Shown here: positions 1-9,554 of the stretch, in pieces
How the letters are laid out: each line of letters begins with the position of its first letter
How positions within the stretch are numbered: position 1 is the first letter of the stretch
Sequence record: SRR22947727_3270
Strand: one strand, 5' to 3'
Length of the DNA stretch: 34,265 bases
Made by a program: the position numbers and the translations under genes
The notes under the pieces: generated by a model
What the model saw: only the letters and a program-made list of their open reading frames with translations
Told to the model about the DNA's origin: nothing
The model's database searches: none

Positions 1-23
1 TCGCTGGCTCAGGTAGGGATATT

Positions 24-221
24 CTATTTTTTAAAACGCTTCCATGTACCGCCATACTGGTAGGTCTCGGGGCATTTCACCTGCAGCGCGTTCAGGCACC
101 GCGAGCATAAGAAGCGCCACGCACTGAAGCGCCCAGCTCGACACCGATAGAGCGTTGCCGTTTCAGCTGAGCAAGCCTCGCACGATTTAGAGCGTTGTCG
201 CACGGCAGCGCTCGACATCAC
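24..221 (-). CDS. Small Cys-rich putative zinc-binding protein (about 65 aa)
   Basis: Two CxxC pairs (CEAC, CSRC), an LYRC motif and a C-terminal YQYGGTWK with basic tail. Lies 27 bp downstream of the DUF6607-like gene on the same strand. Confidence 0.65.
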   Translation of the reverse strand: MMSSAAVRQRSKSCEACSAETATLYRCRAGRFSAWRFLCSRCLNALQVKCPETYQYGGTWKRFKK

Positions 222-248
222 TCATCACAATCAGGGTTCGCGACAACG

Positions 249-1406
249 CTAGTCTGTCACCGCCAACCCACCCACCGTGATATAGCGGCTCAAGGTGTCC
301 GCAATCGCAGCATCCGTCTGTTCGAGCGTGTCAAAGGATTCGTCTGCCATGTTAAACATGGCCATGAACAATGGGATTCCCTCCACCGATTTGACAAAGT
401 GGAAGGCGGACTCGTTGCGATACAGGGTTGTCCAGTAGTCTCTAACACGTGACCAAAAAGGCCCCGTATTGCGCCAATAGTCGTCGCCCGCGCTGAAATC
501 GTATCCCACTATCCGATCGTAACGTGACAACCCCGCCTCGCGAGCCAAATAGGGCTGCTCAGAGCGCGGGTTGTTGCGGTCATCCAGCACCAATTTCAAG
601 GCGTCCTCTTCTTGGGTCCAGCCATGAGGCGTAATGGTGATCCGGTGCGATCCGAACAGCGTCTGGTAATCATCTCGAACACTGAACTCTCGCCGGGGCA
701 GAGGGCGCCGGCGATCATCCGATTGCCAAAAAGAAACCCCCTGCGTATGAGTCCAGCGCCCAATGGCCTCGTAACGCGGCGAGTCGTCTACCTGATAGAC
801 GGTTTGGGTCCACGTGCCGGCAGTTGCCGTAGCCTCTAAGCGCTGCCGCTCGAACACCCCATTACCCTGAAACGCATGCACCGCAGTATCTTGGTACTGC
901 CAATCTTGCCGCCAATGTTTTACCACCATAGGCGCTGACAGCGTGCCGTCTTCCCCCGCAAAGTGCATGACGATAATGTGCTGGAGGCTGATAAATTCTG
1001 GCTCGTCGGCGACTACGTGCACCCGCTCGGTGCCCCAACTCTGATAGGGCGCTCGCGATTCGTAATTAGGGGTAAAGCCCACCGTCTCGATGAAATCAAA
1101 GCTCGTTCGATACGCTCCAGCCATCGCCAAAATAGCCTGCCGGTCGCGGCCCAATCGAGTCAGCTCGGTAGACTGGAGTTGTTGGAAATCGGCGGAGACC
1201 TGTTGGTCGAGCACAACGGCTGGTCCCGACGTTGTGCCCCCGCGAGGCTTCATCGCGTCGACATCAGAAAACATCCATGAGTAGGTATACTGACGCGGCG
1301 CGGGCTTATCATCGGAATTTAATGCGTCTTCCGCCCACAGACTCTGTACCACGAGTAACGCGCTCATCAGCGACAGAGCTGATTTTTTCATGATGGGGTA
1401 TCGCAT
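249..1406 (-). CDS. DUF6607-like exported protein, probably linked to iron acquisition
   Basis: Signal peptide (MKKSALSLMSALLVVQSLWA). Motifs DRQAILAMAG-YRTSFDFIET, ISLQHI, VKHWRQDW, VYQVDDSPRY and RPLPRRE recalled as DUF6607-like. A GAGGAG RBS precedes the ATG at 1406. Confidence 0.75.
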   Translation of the reverse strand: MRYPIMKKSALSLMSALLVVQSLWAEDALNSDDKPAPRQYTYSWMFSDVDAMKPRGGTTSGPAVVLDQQVSADFQQLQSTELTRLGRDRQAILAMAGAYRTSFDFIETVGFTPNYESRAPYQSWGTERVHVVADEPEFISLQHIIVMHFAGEDGTLSAPMVVKHWRQDWQYQDTAVHAFQGNGVFERQRLEATATAGTWTQTVYQVDDSPRYEAIGRWTHTQGVSFWQSDDRRRPLPRREFSVRDDYQTLFGSHRITITPHGWTQEEDALKLVLDDRNNPRSEQPYLAREAGLSRYDRIVGYDFSAGDDYWRNTGPFWSRVRDYWTTLYRNESAFHFVKSVEGIPLFMAMFNMADESFDTLEQTDAAIADTLSRYITVGGLAVTD

Positions 1407-1506
1407 GACTGCTCTCCTCAAGTATGACCAATAACGCTAGTCGAACTCAGCGCGTGAAAAAACAACCCACGACTCGGCTGGGTCGCTCGATTGCGACCTC
1501 TTTCGA

Positions 1507-1873
1507 CTAACCGGAAAATGCACGAGTCGCGCTGACGACGCCTCCCGGCGTTTCTCCGCGCAGATAAGCCAACATCGCGTCGGCATCTGAGCGCTCAAAG
1601 GGGTCTTCCACGGCGTCATCTTGCAATCCTTCTTCGGCAAAAACCGTCGTAATTTGACTGTCCTTCGCCAGCAAGGCGTAGCGCCACGATCGAGCCCCAA
1701 AGCCCAGATTATCCTTACCTACGAGCGCGCCCATTCTTCTCGCAAAGGTGCCATTACCGTCAGGGAGCATCTGGACCTTGCCAACATCGATCGACAGTGC
1801 CCACTGTCGAATGACAAAAGCATCGTTCACGCAAATGAAACGTGATGTTGGGTAGCGTGCCGGTCTTTTTCAA
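1507..1873 (-). pseudogene. Prx5/Redoxin-type peroxiredoxin with internal deletion and frameshift
   Basis: GGAG RBS then TTG at 1873 gives MKKTGTLPNITFHLRER, a Prx5-like N-terminus. It is joined out of frame (43 nt offset) to VNDAFV...PDGNG.F...GFG.RSWRY, the Prx5 C-terminal half. The peroxidatic PGAFTPxC motif is absent. Confidence 0.8.
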
Positions 1874-1957
1874 AACGGTGCTCCGGTGGTTTTAAAGCGT
1901 TGCAATAGCACTGCTCGTTCACCCCACCGCTCACCGAACTGCCCGGCAGAGTGTGGC

Positions 1958-2425
1958 TCAGTGTGCAATCGCTTTGGAATTTTCTACGTAACGACTCATC
2001 GCTAACTGCACAGATGGGGAGATGTGTGTGGGTATATCGCGCAGGCTCATCAAGTGGTGGCAGGCATTGAGCGCCGCTTTGCGCAAGTAACCATTAGCCA
2101 TCACGCGCGATAACGTGTGAGCGGTGGAGCTCACCACCTCGGTAGCAAGCTGTGTTTCCCCTCTGTTGATCAGACACACATATAGGGCTGCCGTCGTGTC
2201 TGTCAATATGGCGAGGGCGTCCTCCGTGACTTCATGCTCTCGGAAGAAAAGCTTCCCCGCGACGAATGCCTTGATCAGCTGCGGCTCTGCCGCAGTCAAC
2301 TGACGGCCCTTAATCGCGGTAATGCCGGAGTCCAAACAGCCCAACCAGACGCGAGCCGCAAAAAAACCACATCCCCGCATCGCTTGCCAATGCTTCTCAC
2401 AAAAACCTTCGCGGTTATCCGACAT
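1958..2425 (-). CDS. Hypothetical protein (155 aa), first gene behind the Fur-boxed promoter
   Basis: The ATG at 2425 (MSDNREGF) lies just downstream of the promoter. The longer ORF-track start at 2485 runs through the Fur box and is unlikely. Confidence 0.65.
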   Translation of the reverse strand: MSDNREGFCEKHWQAMRGCGFFAARVWLGCLDSGITAIKGRQLTAAEPQLIKAFVAGKLFFREHEVTEDALAILTDTTAALYVCLINRGETQLATEVVSSTAHTLSRVMANGYLRKAALNACHHLMSLRDIPTHISPSVQLAMSRYVENSKAIAH

Positions 2426-2456
2426 CAGAATTGCTCTTTTCAACCATTGAAAAGTC

Positions 2457-2485
2457 ATACTAATGATAATGATTATCATTTGCAA
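2457..2485 (-). promoter_or_regulatory. Sigma70 promoter overlapped by a Fur box
   Basis: Perfect 9-1-9 inverted repeat AATGATAAT-G-ATTATCATT at 2462-2480. On the minus strand it fills the 17-bp spacer between -35 TTGCAA (2485-2480) and -10 TAGTAT (2462-2457). Confidence 0.9.
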
Positions 2486-2609
2486 TAGTATTGCAGCGGT
2501 GACTCAGTATTCCTCCGCTGATTGCGCGAGGCAGTCCGAGGAGCCGGAGCTCACTGTCCCCTGAGCGCTAGCGATGCTGACTGAGGAAGATGACAAAGCG
2601 CACCAAATG

Positions 2610-3590
2610 CTAACCCCACAGTTCAGGGTCTGGTGGCGCGATAACCCCTCGCACGATGGACAGTGGCGGCTCAACATCGTCGAGCTGCCAGAGTGGGCCA
2701 TCGAGATCGACAAAATCAGCCCCTTGGGCCACCAACAGCGCAGGCGCCATTGCCAGAGACGAGCCCAGCATATTGCCCACCATGATTCTTTTGCCGTAGC
2801 GACGGCACCACTCCCGCATCTTTAATGCATCGGTCAAACCACCGCACTTGTCGAGCTTGATATTGATGGCATCGTAACGGTCCGCCACGGCCTCGAGCTC
2901 CACGCTACTCTGACAAGATTCGTCAGCACACACGGGCACCGGATACTTGAGATTCTCAAGTGCTCGGTCTGCACCCCGCGGAAGCGGTTGTTCCAGTAAC
3001 GCGACACCACAACGGGCCAGATCATCCCCCAGCGCCATCAGCAACTCGTTACTCCAGCTTCCGTTGGCGTCGATCACCAGCTGCGCATCGGGACGGGCAG
3101 CACGAATCGCCGCAAGGCATTCAAGGGGCGAGTCTGCGTTTAATTTCAGTTTCAGTCGCTGCAACTCCGGCACTGCACTCGCCTGCCGCGCCATCTTTTC
3201 CGGGTCAGCTAGGGATAGCGTGAATAGCGTGCTGACTGGCTTTAGCGAAATACCCGTCAGCCCGCTAATACCGCCGGCCGATTGCTTCGCCTTAAGATCC
3301 CAGAGCGCGCAGTCGAGACCATTTCGACTGCCCCCAGGTGGCAGCAGGTTCTGGAGCAATTCGCCGTCGAGTTCAGCAATGGTGGCGGGGTCCAGCGCTG
3401 CCAGCTCAGCCTGCAGGCTCTCGACCGTCTCATTCAAATAATCCACACCCATGGTCTCAGACCGGCCAGATATCCCGCCTCGGGATACCGTCACCTGCAG
3501 CACCTGAATCGCGTCGATCACCTCGGCGGCCGTGATAAACGGCGCCTTTAAGTGCCATTCCTTGAGTTCCATTTTCAGTTTCAGGTTCAC
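2610..3590 (-). CDS. Dipeptide epimerase / N-acetyl-D-Glu racemase (YcjG/DgcA-like, enolase superfamily)
   Basis: Motifs RNGLDCALWDL, KLKL, IDANGSW, LEQPL, ADES, INIKLDKCGGLT and DLDGP. Confidence 0.9.
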   Translation of the reverse strand: MNLKLKMELKEWHLKAPFITAAEVIDAIQVLQVTVSRGGISGRSETMGVDYLNETVESLQAELAALDPATIAELDGELLQNLLPPGGSRNGLDCALWDLKAKQSAGGISGLTGISLKPVSTLFTLSLADPEKMARQASAVPELQRLKLKLNADSPLECLAAIRAARPDAQLVIDANGSWSNELLMALGDDLARCGVALLEQPLPRGADRALENLKYPVPVCADESCQSSVELEAVADRYDAINIKLDKCGGLTDALKMREWCRRYGKRIMVGNMLGSSLAMAPALLVAQGADFVDLDGPLWQLDDVEPPLSIVRGVIAPPDPELWG

Positions 3591-3876
3591 GGCGGACGCA
3601 CCCAGAAAGGAGAGTTGAGACTATATCGCATCGCCCATGCTCGCTGACTCACCGTGTCGCAATCGGTCTGACGCCAGCTTCTTCGCTACACTGCGCGATG
3701 CGCCATCACCGAAGAACAGGCTAAAGCCCCTCGGCATTTTTCAAGAGAAGGGTTCTATTCGAACTTCACTTACCCTGATGTGACGACCGATAAGCCGATA
3801 CCGATTGGCAGATACCGCAGAAAACCTTGCCGCACTTTATGTCGCCATTATTTCCGGCATGAAACATAGCTGGCAT

Positions 3877-3915
3877 GAACTGGAGGGAACTGGACGGAAC
3901 TGGAGGGAACTGGAG
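3877..3915. repeat. 10-bp tandem repeat, about 4 copies of GAACTGGA(G/C)G
   Basis: Read directly: gaactggagg gaactggacg gaactggagg gaactggag. Confidence 0.9.
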
Positions 3916-4100
3916 TGAGTGATGGCGAGATATCACTGTCTCTGAATCCCAGCAAAGGGCACCTCGCACCGCTAATAGGTGACAGGCCCCACCGCCCAAG
4001 ACGCGCCTAGGCGCTTGCTCACAGCGTCAGTGCCGCGCACACTGGAGCTAAAAAAAGTAGACTGATAGCCAGATTAAGTCGTGGGGTCGGGAGACAGCAT

Positions 4101-5447
4101 ATGAACGCCGAACAGCCACTCAACCAACAGGGCCAAAAGTCCTACAGTGGCACCATCAAGAATTTCTCTAAGGAGCGTTACATCAGCAGCGACTGGTCCG
4201 CTCGCGAATGGAACGCGGTGTGGACCAAAAGCTGGCTCGCCGCCGTGCATGTTTCAGACCTCAGGGAGCCCGGCGATTTCGTGGTCTTCGACCTTGGCCC
4301 AGAGAGCGTGTTGCTTACCTGCAACGCTCAAGGGAACGTACAGGCTTTTTACAACGTCTGTCAGCACCGCGGAGTTCGCCTGGTCACTGATCATACGGGC
4401 AATACCGAGAACTTTCGCTGCCCTTACCACAGCTGGCGCTATGACACCGACGGTGACTTGATCTATGCCCCGCATCAGGACGGGTTTCAGGAGGGATTGC
4501 CGACTCAGACCCTCTGCCTGCCTGCCGTGCGCTGCGACAAAGCGCTGGGGTTTTACTGGATTAACCTCGACCCTAACGCCGAGCCGCTAGACGCCTTTTT
4601 AAAAGAGATGGTCTCGATCATGGGACACTACGAGTTCGAAAACCTGACACTGGTGCAGGACCAGACCGTTTCCATCAACTGTAACTGGAAGGCCGTGGTT
4701 GATAACTTCAGTGAGCTTTACCACGTGCACTACCTCCACCCCCAGCACCGACGCTTTGTCGATTGCACCGAGTCGCTGAGCGAGTGCTACGAAGGTGGCC
4801 ATACGCGAGTCTGGGTGCCCGGCGCCAAGACCGACTCTCTGTTTTCAACACCCGATAAACCGACCGATCTGCTCACGATGCAGCTTCAAGCCTTCGGTTT
4901 AGACGCTGAACAATACGAAGGCAAGGTGGATGAAATACAGGCGGCGATCCGGATGGCCAAACGGGCCCTAGAAGAAAAAGAACCCTTTTACGGAAACTTC
5001 TCAGACGAGGAACTGACCGACGTCATTCAAACCAACGTCTTTCCCAATGCCATTCTCACCTACCAGCCCGAGATGTTATGGCTACTGCGGCTGCGTCCCC
5101 ATGCCACCGACCCCAACCAGTGCTATCTCGACAAACTTTCTTTTGAGCGCTCTCCCCGCGACGCAGCAGATCGCCCCCCCGAAAGCGCCGATGATCTGCA
5201 GGAGAAGCGTACCGAACACACCGGTAAGACCAACCGACCTGAGCGCGACTGCTTTGATTACTCCGACGTCATTACGGGTAGTGCGACCATGACCGATACC
5301 ATTGACCAAGACCTCTCGCTGCTCGCTCACGCCCAAAAGGGGATGCACTCCGAGGGCTTTCAAGGCCCGTGGCTGAATGAAATCGAATGTCGGGTGAGCC
5401 ACTTCCACGAACATCTCGACACTCTTATCCGTCACTCCGAAAACTAG
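4101..5447 (+). CDS. Rieske non-heme iron oxygenase, ring-hydroxylating alpha-subunit family
   Basis: Rieske motif CQHRG...CPYHSW; mononuclear iron motif NWK..DNFSELYHVHYLH and distal QD. GGGAG RBS. Confidence 0.92.
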   Translation: MNAEQPLNQQGQKSYSGTIKNFSKERYISSDWSAREWNAVWTKSWLAAVHVSDLREPGDFVVFDLGPESVLLTCNAQGNVQAFYNVCQHRGVRLVTDHTGNTENFRCPYHSWRYDTDGDLIYAPHQDGFQEGLPTQTLCLPAVRCDKALGFYWINLDPNAEPLDAFLKEMVSIMGHYEFENLTLVQDQTVSINCNWKAVVDNFSELYHVHYLHPQHRRFVDCTESLSECYEGGHTRVWVPGAKTDSLFSTPDKPTDLLTMQLQAFGLDAEQYEGKVDEIQAAIRMAKRALEEKEPFYGNFSDEELTDVIQTNVFPNAILTYQPEMLWLLRLRPHATDPNQCYLDKLSFERSPRDAADRPPESADDLQEKRTEHTGKTNRPERDCFDYSDVITGSATMTDTIDQDLSLLAHAQKGMHSEGFQGPWLNEIECRVSHFHEHLDTLIRHSEN

Positions 5448-5456
5448 AAGAGAGTC

Positions 5457-7241
5457 GTGCACGCGATCACGCTACAACAGGGACTCTTGTTCTCACTGAT
5501 TGGCACCCTCTTTATTTTTTTAATCTGGGGGCGCTATCGCTACGATCTCGTGGCCTTTGGCGCCCTATTAATCGCCTACCTTATCGGTGCTGTTTCAGTT
5601 GACGAGGCCTTCTCGGGGTTCGGTCATCCTGCGGTCATTATCATTGCACTCGTGCTGATCATCAGTCGGGGGCTGTATCTGTCGGGCGCCATCGAATTCA
5701 TGGCGAGTGCTCTGCTAGACAGTACCCGAAGTATTGGTCGGCATATCTCCGTGATGGCTGGCGTCTCAGCCGCACTCTCAGCCATCATGAACAATGTCGC
5801 AGCGCTCGCTTTACTGATGCCTATCGACCTGCAAGCAGCCGATAAAGCTGAGCGCAGTCCGAGACTGACCCTCATGCCACTGTCTTTTGCTTCGATCTTA
5901 GGTGGCATGATTACGCTAATCGGCACGCCTCCTAATATTGTGATTGCCACCTTTCGCCAAGAGGCACTCGGCGAACCCTATACGATGTTTGATTTTGCGC
6001 CCGTCGGTTTGGTGGTCGCATTGGTCGGCATCGCCTATGTGGCGCTGATCGGTTGGCGGCTTATTCCCCATGAGGGCACTAACACGCAACGCCCGTCAGC
6101 CGTTGAGGAGCTCGAGCGCTATCTGGTGGAACTCAGAGTCCCGACTGACGCTAAGGTCGTCAATCAGCGACTGCGTGAACTGGATAAAGAGGCTGACGAG
6201 TGTGGCGTCCAGATTTTGGGGCTCATCCGCGGCGGCAATCGGCTACCGGGCATGGCGGCACATGAAATGCTCGTGGCAGAGGATCGTATTGTGGTCGAGG
6301 GTGGCCCTGATGCCATCGATACGTTCGCGGGTGCAGTGGGCCTCAGCTATGCCGACTCAGATCGACCTTCTAAAGCGTTATCCGGCACGACGGTCATGCG
6401 CGAAGTCGCCGTGCCAGAAACGGCTCGAATGGTAGGCCGGTCTGCGTCGTCACTGCGCCTCCGATACGGCAGAGGCGTCATCTTGCTCGGTATTGCTCGG
6501 GGTGGTCGTAAGCTGCGCGACCGTCTACGCGAAACAAAAATTGAAGCCGGTGATTTATTACTCCTACTGGGCCCTGAGGACACACTCGACGACGTCATTG
6601 AATGGCTCGGGTGCTTGCCGCTAGCGCCCCGTGGCCTGGACGTCATCCAACGTGATAAAGCGTGGCAGGCGATCCTCATTTTCGCGGGCGCGATCGGGTT
6701 AGCCAGCCTCGAATTACTGTACTTACCGATGGCACTGGGATCCGTTGTGGTGCTCTACGTCGTTCTCGATATCGTTCCACTTTCGCAGGTCTACGAGTCA
6801 ATCGAATGGCCAGTGATCGTTTTGCTCGGCGCGATGATCCCCATTAGCGTTGCCCTCGAAGCGAGTGGCGGCACCCAATTGCTCGCGGATCTTTTTTTAG
6901 CGGGTACGGCAGGCTGGCCCGTCATGCTCATTCTCGCAGCGTTGATGCTAGTCACGATGACCCTGTCTGATGTCCTCAACAATGTGGCAACTGCCTTAAT
7001 TGCCGCACCAATCGCATTGGATGTTGCCCAACAATTAGGCGTCAGCCCCGACCCATTCCTGATGGCCGTTGCGGTAGCGGCTTCTTGCGCGTTTCTCACC
7101 CCCATTGGCCATAAAAATAATACGCTCATCATGGGGCCCGGCGGATACCAGTTTGGCGATTATTGGCGCATGGGCCTGCCACTGGAGCTATTGGTGGTGG
7201 CCACATCGCTTCCCATGATTCTCCTCGTCTGGCCACTCTGA
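5457..7241 (+). CDS. SLC13/DASS-family di/tricarboxylate or sulfate transporter with two TrkA-C domains
   Basis: Hydrophobic N- and C-terminal halves; motifs SAIMNN, GGMITLIGTPPN, SDVLNN and TPIGHKNN..IMGPGGY.FGDYWRMGLPL; soluble central RCK_C repeats. Confidence 0.9.
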   Translation: MHAITLQQGLLFSLIGTLFIFLIWGRYRYDLVAFGALLIAYLIGAVSVDEAFSGFGHPAVIIIALVLIISRGLYLSGAIEFMASALLDSTRSIGRHISVMAGVSAALSAIMNNVAALALLMPIDLQAADKAERSPRLTLMPLSFASILGGMITLIGTPPNIVIATFRQEALGEPYTMFDFAPVGLVVALVGIAYVALIGWRLIPHEGTNTQRPSAVEELERYLVELRVPTDAKVVNQRLRELDKEADECGVQILGLIRGGNRLPGMAAHEMLVAEDRIVVEGGPDAIDTFAGAVGLSYADSDRPSKALSGTTVMREVAVPETARMVGRSASSLRLRYGRGVILLGIARGGRKLRDRLRETKIEAGDLLLLLGPEDTLDDVIEWLGCLPLAPRGLDVIQRDKAWQAILIFAGAIGLASLELLYLPMALGSVVVLYVVLDIVPLSQVYESIEWPVIVLLGAMIPISVALEASGGTQLLADLFLAGTAGWPVMLILAALMLVTMTLSDVLNNVATALIAAPIALDVAQQLGVSPDPFLMAVAVAASCAFLTPIGHKNNTLIMGPGGYQFGDYWRMGLPLELLVVATSLPMILLVWPL

Positions 7242-7373
7242 TCACAGCCGATACGATTGCGAACCCTGCTGACCCCAGACCGGTAGTTGCAACGCGCCCT
7301 TAAATTTAAAGGCGGCCTTTATAGCGGCTGCGAGAGCGCGTACAATGCGGCTTCTGTTTTAGGACCACTCCCG

Positions 7374-7997
7374 ATGAGCGAGCAAAAAGCCACTAACGTC
7401 CACTGGCACGATGGAGAAATCAATCGACCCGATCGTGCACAATTACTGGGCCATGGTGGCGCCACGTTGTGGTTCACCGGACTCAGTGGTTCGGGTAAGA
7501 GCACCATCGCCGTCGCACTGGAGCAAGCACTTTATCGGCGGGGCGTCCTAGTCTACCGCCTTGATGGCGATAACATTCGGCTTGGTATCAACAAGAACCT
7601 CGGTTTCAGCGCCGAGGATCGTGCTGAAAATATCCGGCGCGTTGGCGAGGTGTCCAAATTATTTGTGGATGCCGGCATCATCGTGCTCAGCAGCTTTATC
7701 AGCCCATATTTAGTCGACAGGCAGCTAGTGCGTGAGATGCATGAGACCGATGACATGCCTTTTGTCGAGGTCTTTGTGGACTGCAGTCTTGCAGCAGCAG
7801 AAGAGCGCGACCCAAAAGGCCTTTATAAAAAAGCACGTGCGGGCGAAATCAAGAACTTCACTGGCATCGACGACCCCTACGAGGCACCTGAGGCGCCCGA
7901 AGTGCATTTGCACACCGATCGGCAGTCGCTCGAAGAGGAAGTCAACATTCTGATGGGTTTACTCGAAGCACGGGGATTGATTCCCACCGCACCGTAA
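7374..7997 (+). CDS. cysC: Adenylyl-sulfate (APS) kinase
   Basis: [13 protein letters not shown]-loop, [46 protein letters not shown] at 7374 follows an AGGA RBS. Confidence 0.96.
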   Translation: MSEQKATNVHWHDGEINRPDRAQLLGHGGATLWFTGLSGSGKSTIAVALEQALYRRGVLVYRLDGDNIRLGINKNLGFSAEDRAENIRRVGEVSKLFVDAGIIVLSSFISPYLVDRQLVREMHETDDMPFVEVFVDCSLAAAEERDPKGLYKKARAGEIKNFTGIDDPYEAPEAPEVHLHTDRQSLEEEVNILMGLLEARGLIPTAP

Positions 7998-8059
7998 TTT
8001 TTTTAGTCCCCGGGAATTCCCCAGCACTGCCCACACCACTGAATGAGACGAGAGATGAT

Positions 8060-9262
8060 ATGGCTTTGATTGCACCCCATGGCGCAGATGCGCTTCGCCC
8101 TGTAATCGTTGATGCGGCCCGGCGGGCAGAGCTCGAAAGTGAAGCGGAGACCTTGCCCTCGATGATGGCGAGCTCGGCTGCCGCTGCCAATGCAGTGATG
8201 ATGGCGGCGGGATACTTCACCCCCCTGACCGGCTACATGAATCGGGCTGACGCCCTATCTGTGGCAAAAAACATGACCACATCCGAAGGTCTTTTTTGGC
8301 CCGTTCCGGTGATGAACCTTGCCGAGGGCGCCACGGTAACAGCGGGCCAGCGCTTGGCCTTAACCGACCCCAATCGCGAGGGGCATCCGGTGTTGGCGGT
8401 CATGACGGTTGACGCGGTTGAAACACTGTCCGATAACGATATGGCTATCATCTTAGAGAATGTATTTAGAACGGATGACCCCCAGCATCCTGGCGTTGCC
8501 GCCATGACGGCACAGGGCCGAACGTTAATATCAGGACCCATTGAGGTCCTCAACTTCTCTTACTTTGAAGAGGACTTTGCGGAGACCTTTCGCACGGCGA
8601 TGAGCATCCGAGAAGAGATTGCTGAGCGCGGCTGGGAGCGAGTGGTCGCTTTTCAGACACGTAACCCCATGCACCGCGCCCATGAGGAACTGTGTCGCAT
8701 GGCGATGGAGGACCTCTCTGCGGATGGCGTTTTGATCCATATGCTGCTCGGCAAGTTAAAGCCGGGAGATATTCCTGCAGACGTTCGCGATGCCTCGATC
8801 CGCAAGATGGTGGACTTATACTTTCCTGCCAATACCGTCATGGTGACCGGTTATGGCTTTGACATGCTCTATGCGGGGCCCAGAGAGGCAGTACTGCATG
8901 CTGTATTCCGTCAAAATGCAGGATGCACCCACCTGATTGTCGGACGAGATCATGCGGGTGTCGGCAGCTACTACGGGGGTTTTGACGCCCAAACGATCTT
9001 CGACGAGGACGTACCCGAGGGTGCTCTGGCTCTGGATATTTACCGTGCCGACCACACCGCCTTCAGTAAAAAACTCGATCGGGTGGTGATGATGCGGGAC
9101 GCTCCTGATCACAGCCCCGAGGATTTCGTCCTGTTATCAGGAACGAAAGTGCGTGAAATGCTCGGTCAAGGCATTGCACCGCCTCCCGAGTTTTCTCGCC
9201 CGGAAGTGGCCGAAATCCTAATGGCTTACTACCAAGAGCTGGATGGTCATTCGGCAACCTAG
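8060..9262 (+). CDS. sat: Sulfate adenylyltransferase (homo-oligomeric ATP sulfurylase)
   Basis: VAFQTRNPMHRAHE, MLYAGPREAVLHA, IVGRDHAGVG, LSGTKVREML and PPPEFSRPEV. Confidence 0.96.
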   Translation: MALIAPHGADALRPVIVDAARRAELESEAETLPSMMASSAAAANAVMMAAGYFTPLTGYMNRADALSVAKNMTTSEGLFWPVPVMNLAEGATVTAGQRLALTDPNREGHPVLAVMTVDAVETLSDNDMAIILENVFRTDDPQHPGVAAMTAQGRTLISGPIEVLNFSYFEEDFAETFRTAMSIREEIAERGWERVVAFQTRNPMHRAHEELCRMAMEDLSADGVLIHMLLGKLKPGDIPADVRDASIRKMVDLYFPANTVMVTGYGFDMLYAGPREAVLHAVFRQNAGCTHLIVGRDHAGVGSYYGGFDAQTIFDEDVPEGALALDIYRADHTAFSKKLDRVVMMRDAPDHSPEDFVLLSGTKVREMLGQGIAPPPEFSRPEVAEILMAYYQELDGHSAT

Positions 9263-9554
9263 TGGCATGCCCTCACGGTGAGTCCACCCTGAGGGTGCTC
9301 TCCGCGTTGGTGCACTGCTCCAGGCTCTGGTTGTCTTCGCTCTGATGTCGCGCCCTGCTTGACTGCACGCTAGCTCCCTATGCTTTTGCCGGCTGCGCTC
9401 TTGCTGACTGTGCTCTTTCTGACTGTGCTCTGACCTGATTCGCGCATTCCTCCTGCACACCGGTTTAACGCCGATGGCTTCGCTGGGTACCCGCTCACCA
9501 ATTTTGCACTCAGTTAATCGCCTCACTTAAGCGCTACCAGACGCCCTGCTTCTT

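Noticed and set aside
3690-3876. Possible decayed TetR-like regulator (fragments LGIFQEKG and AENLAALYVAIISGMK in different frames)
   Set aside because: The resemblance is too short and fragmented to support without a BLASTx search.
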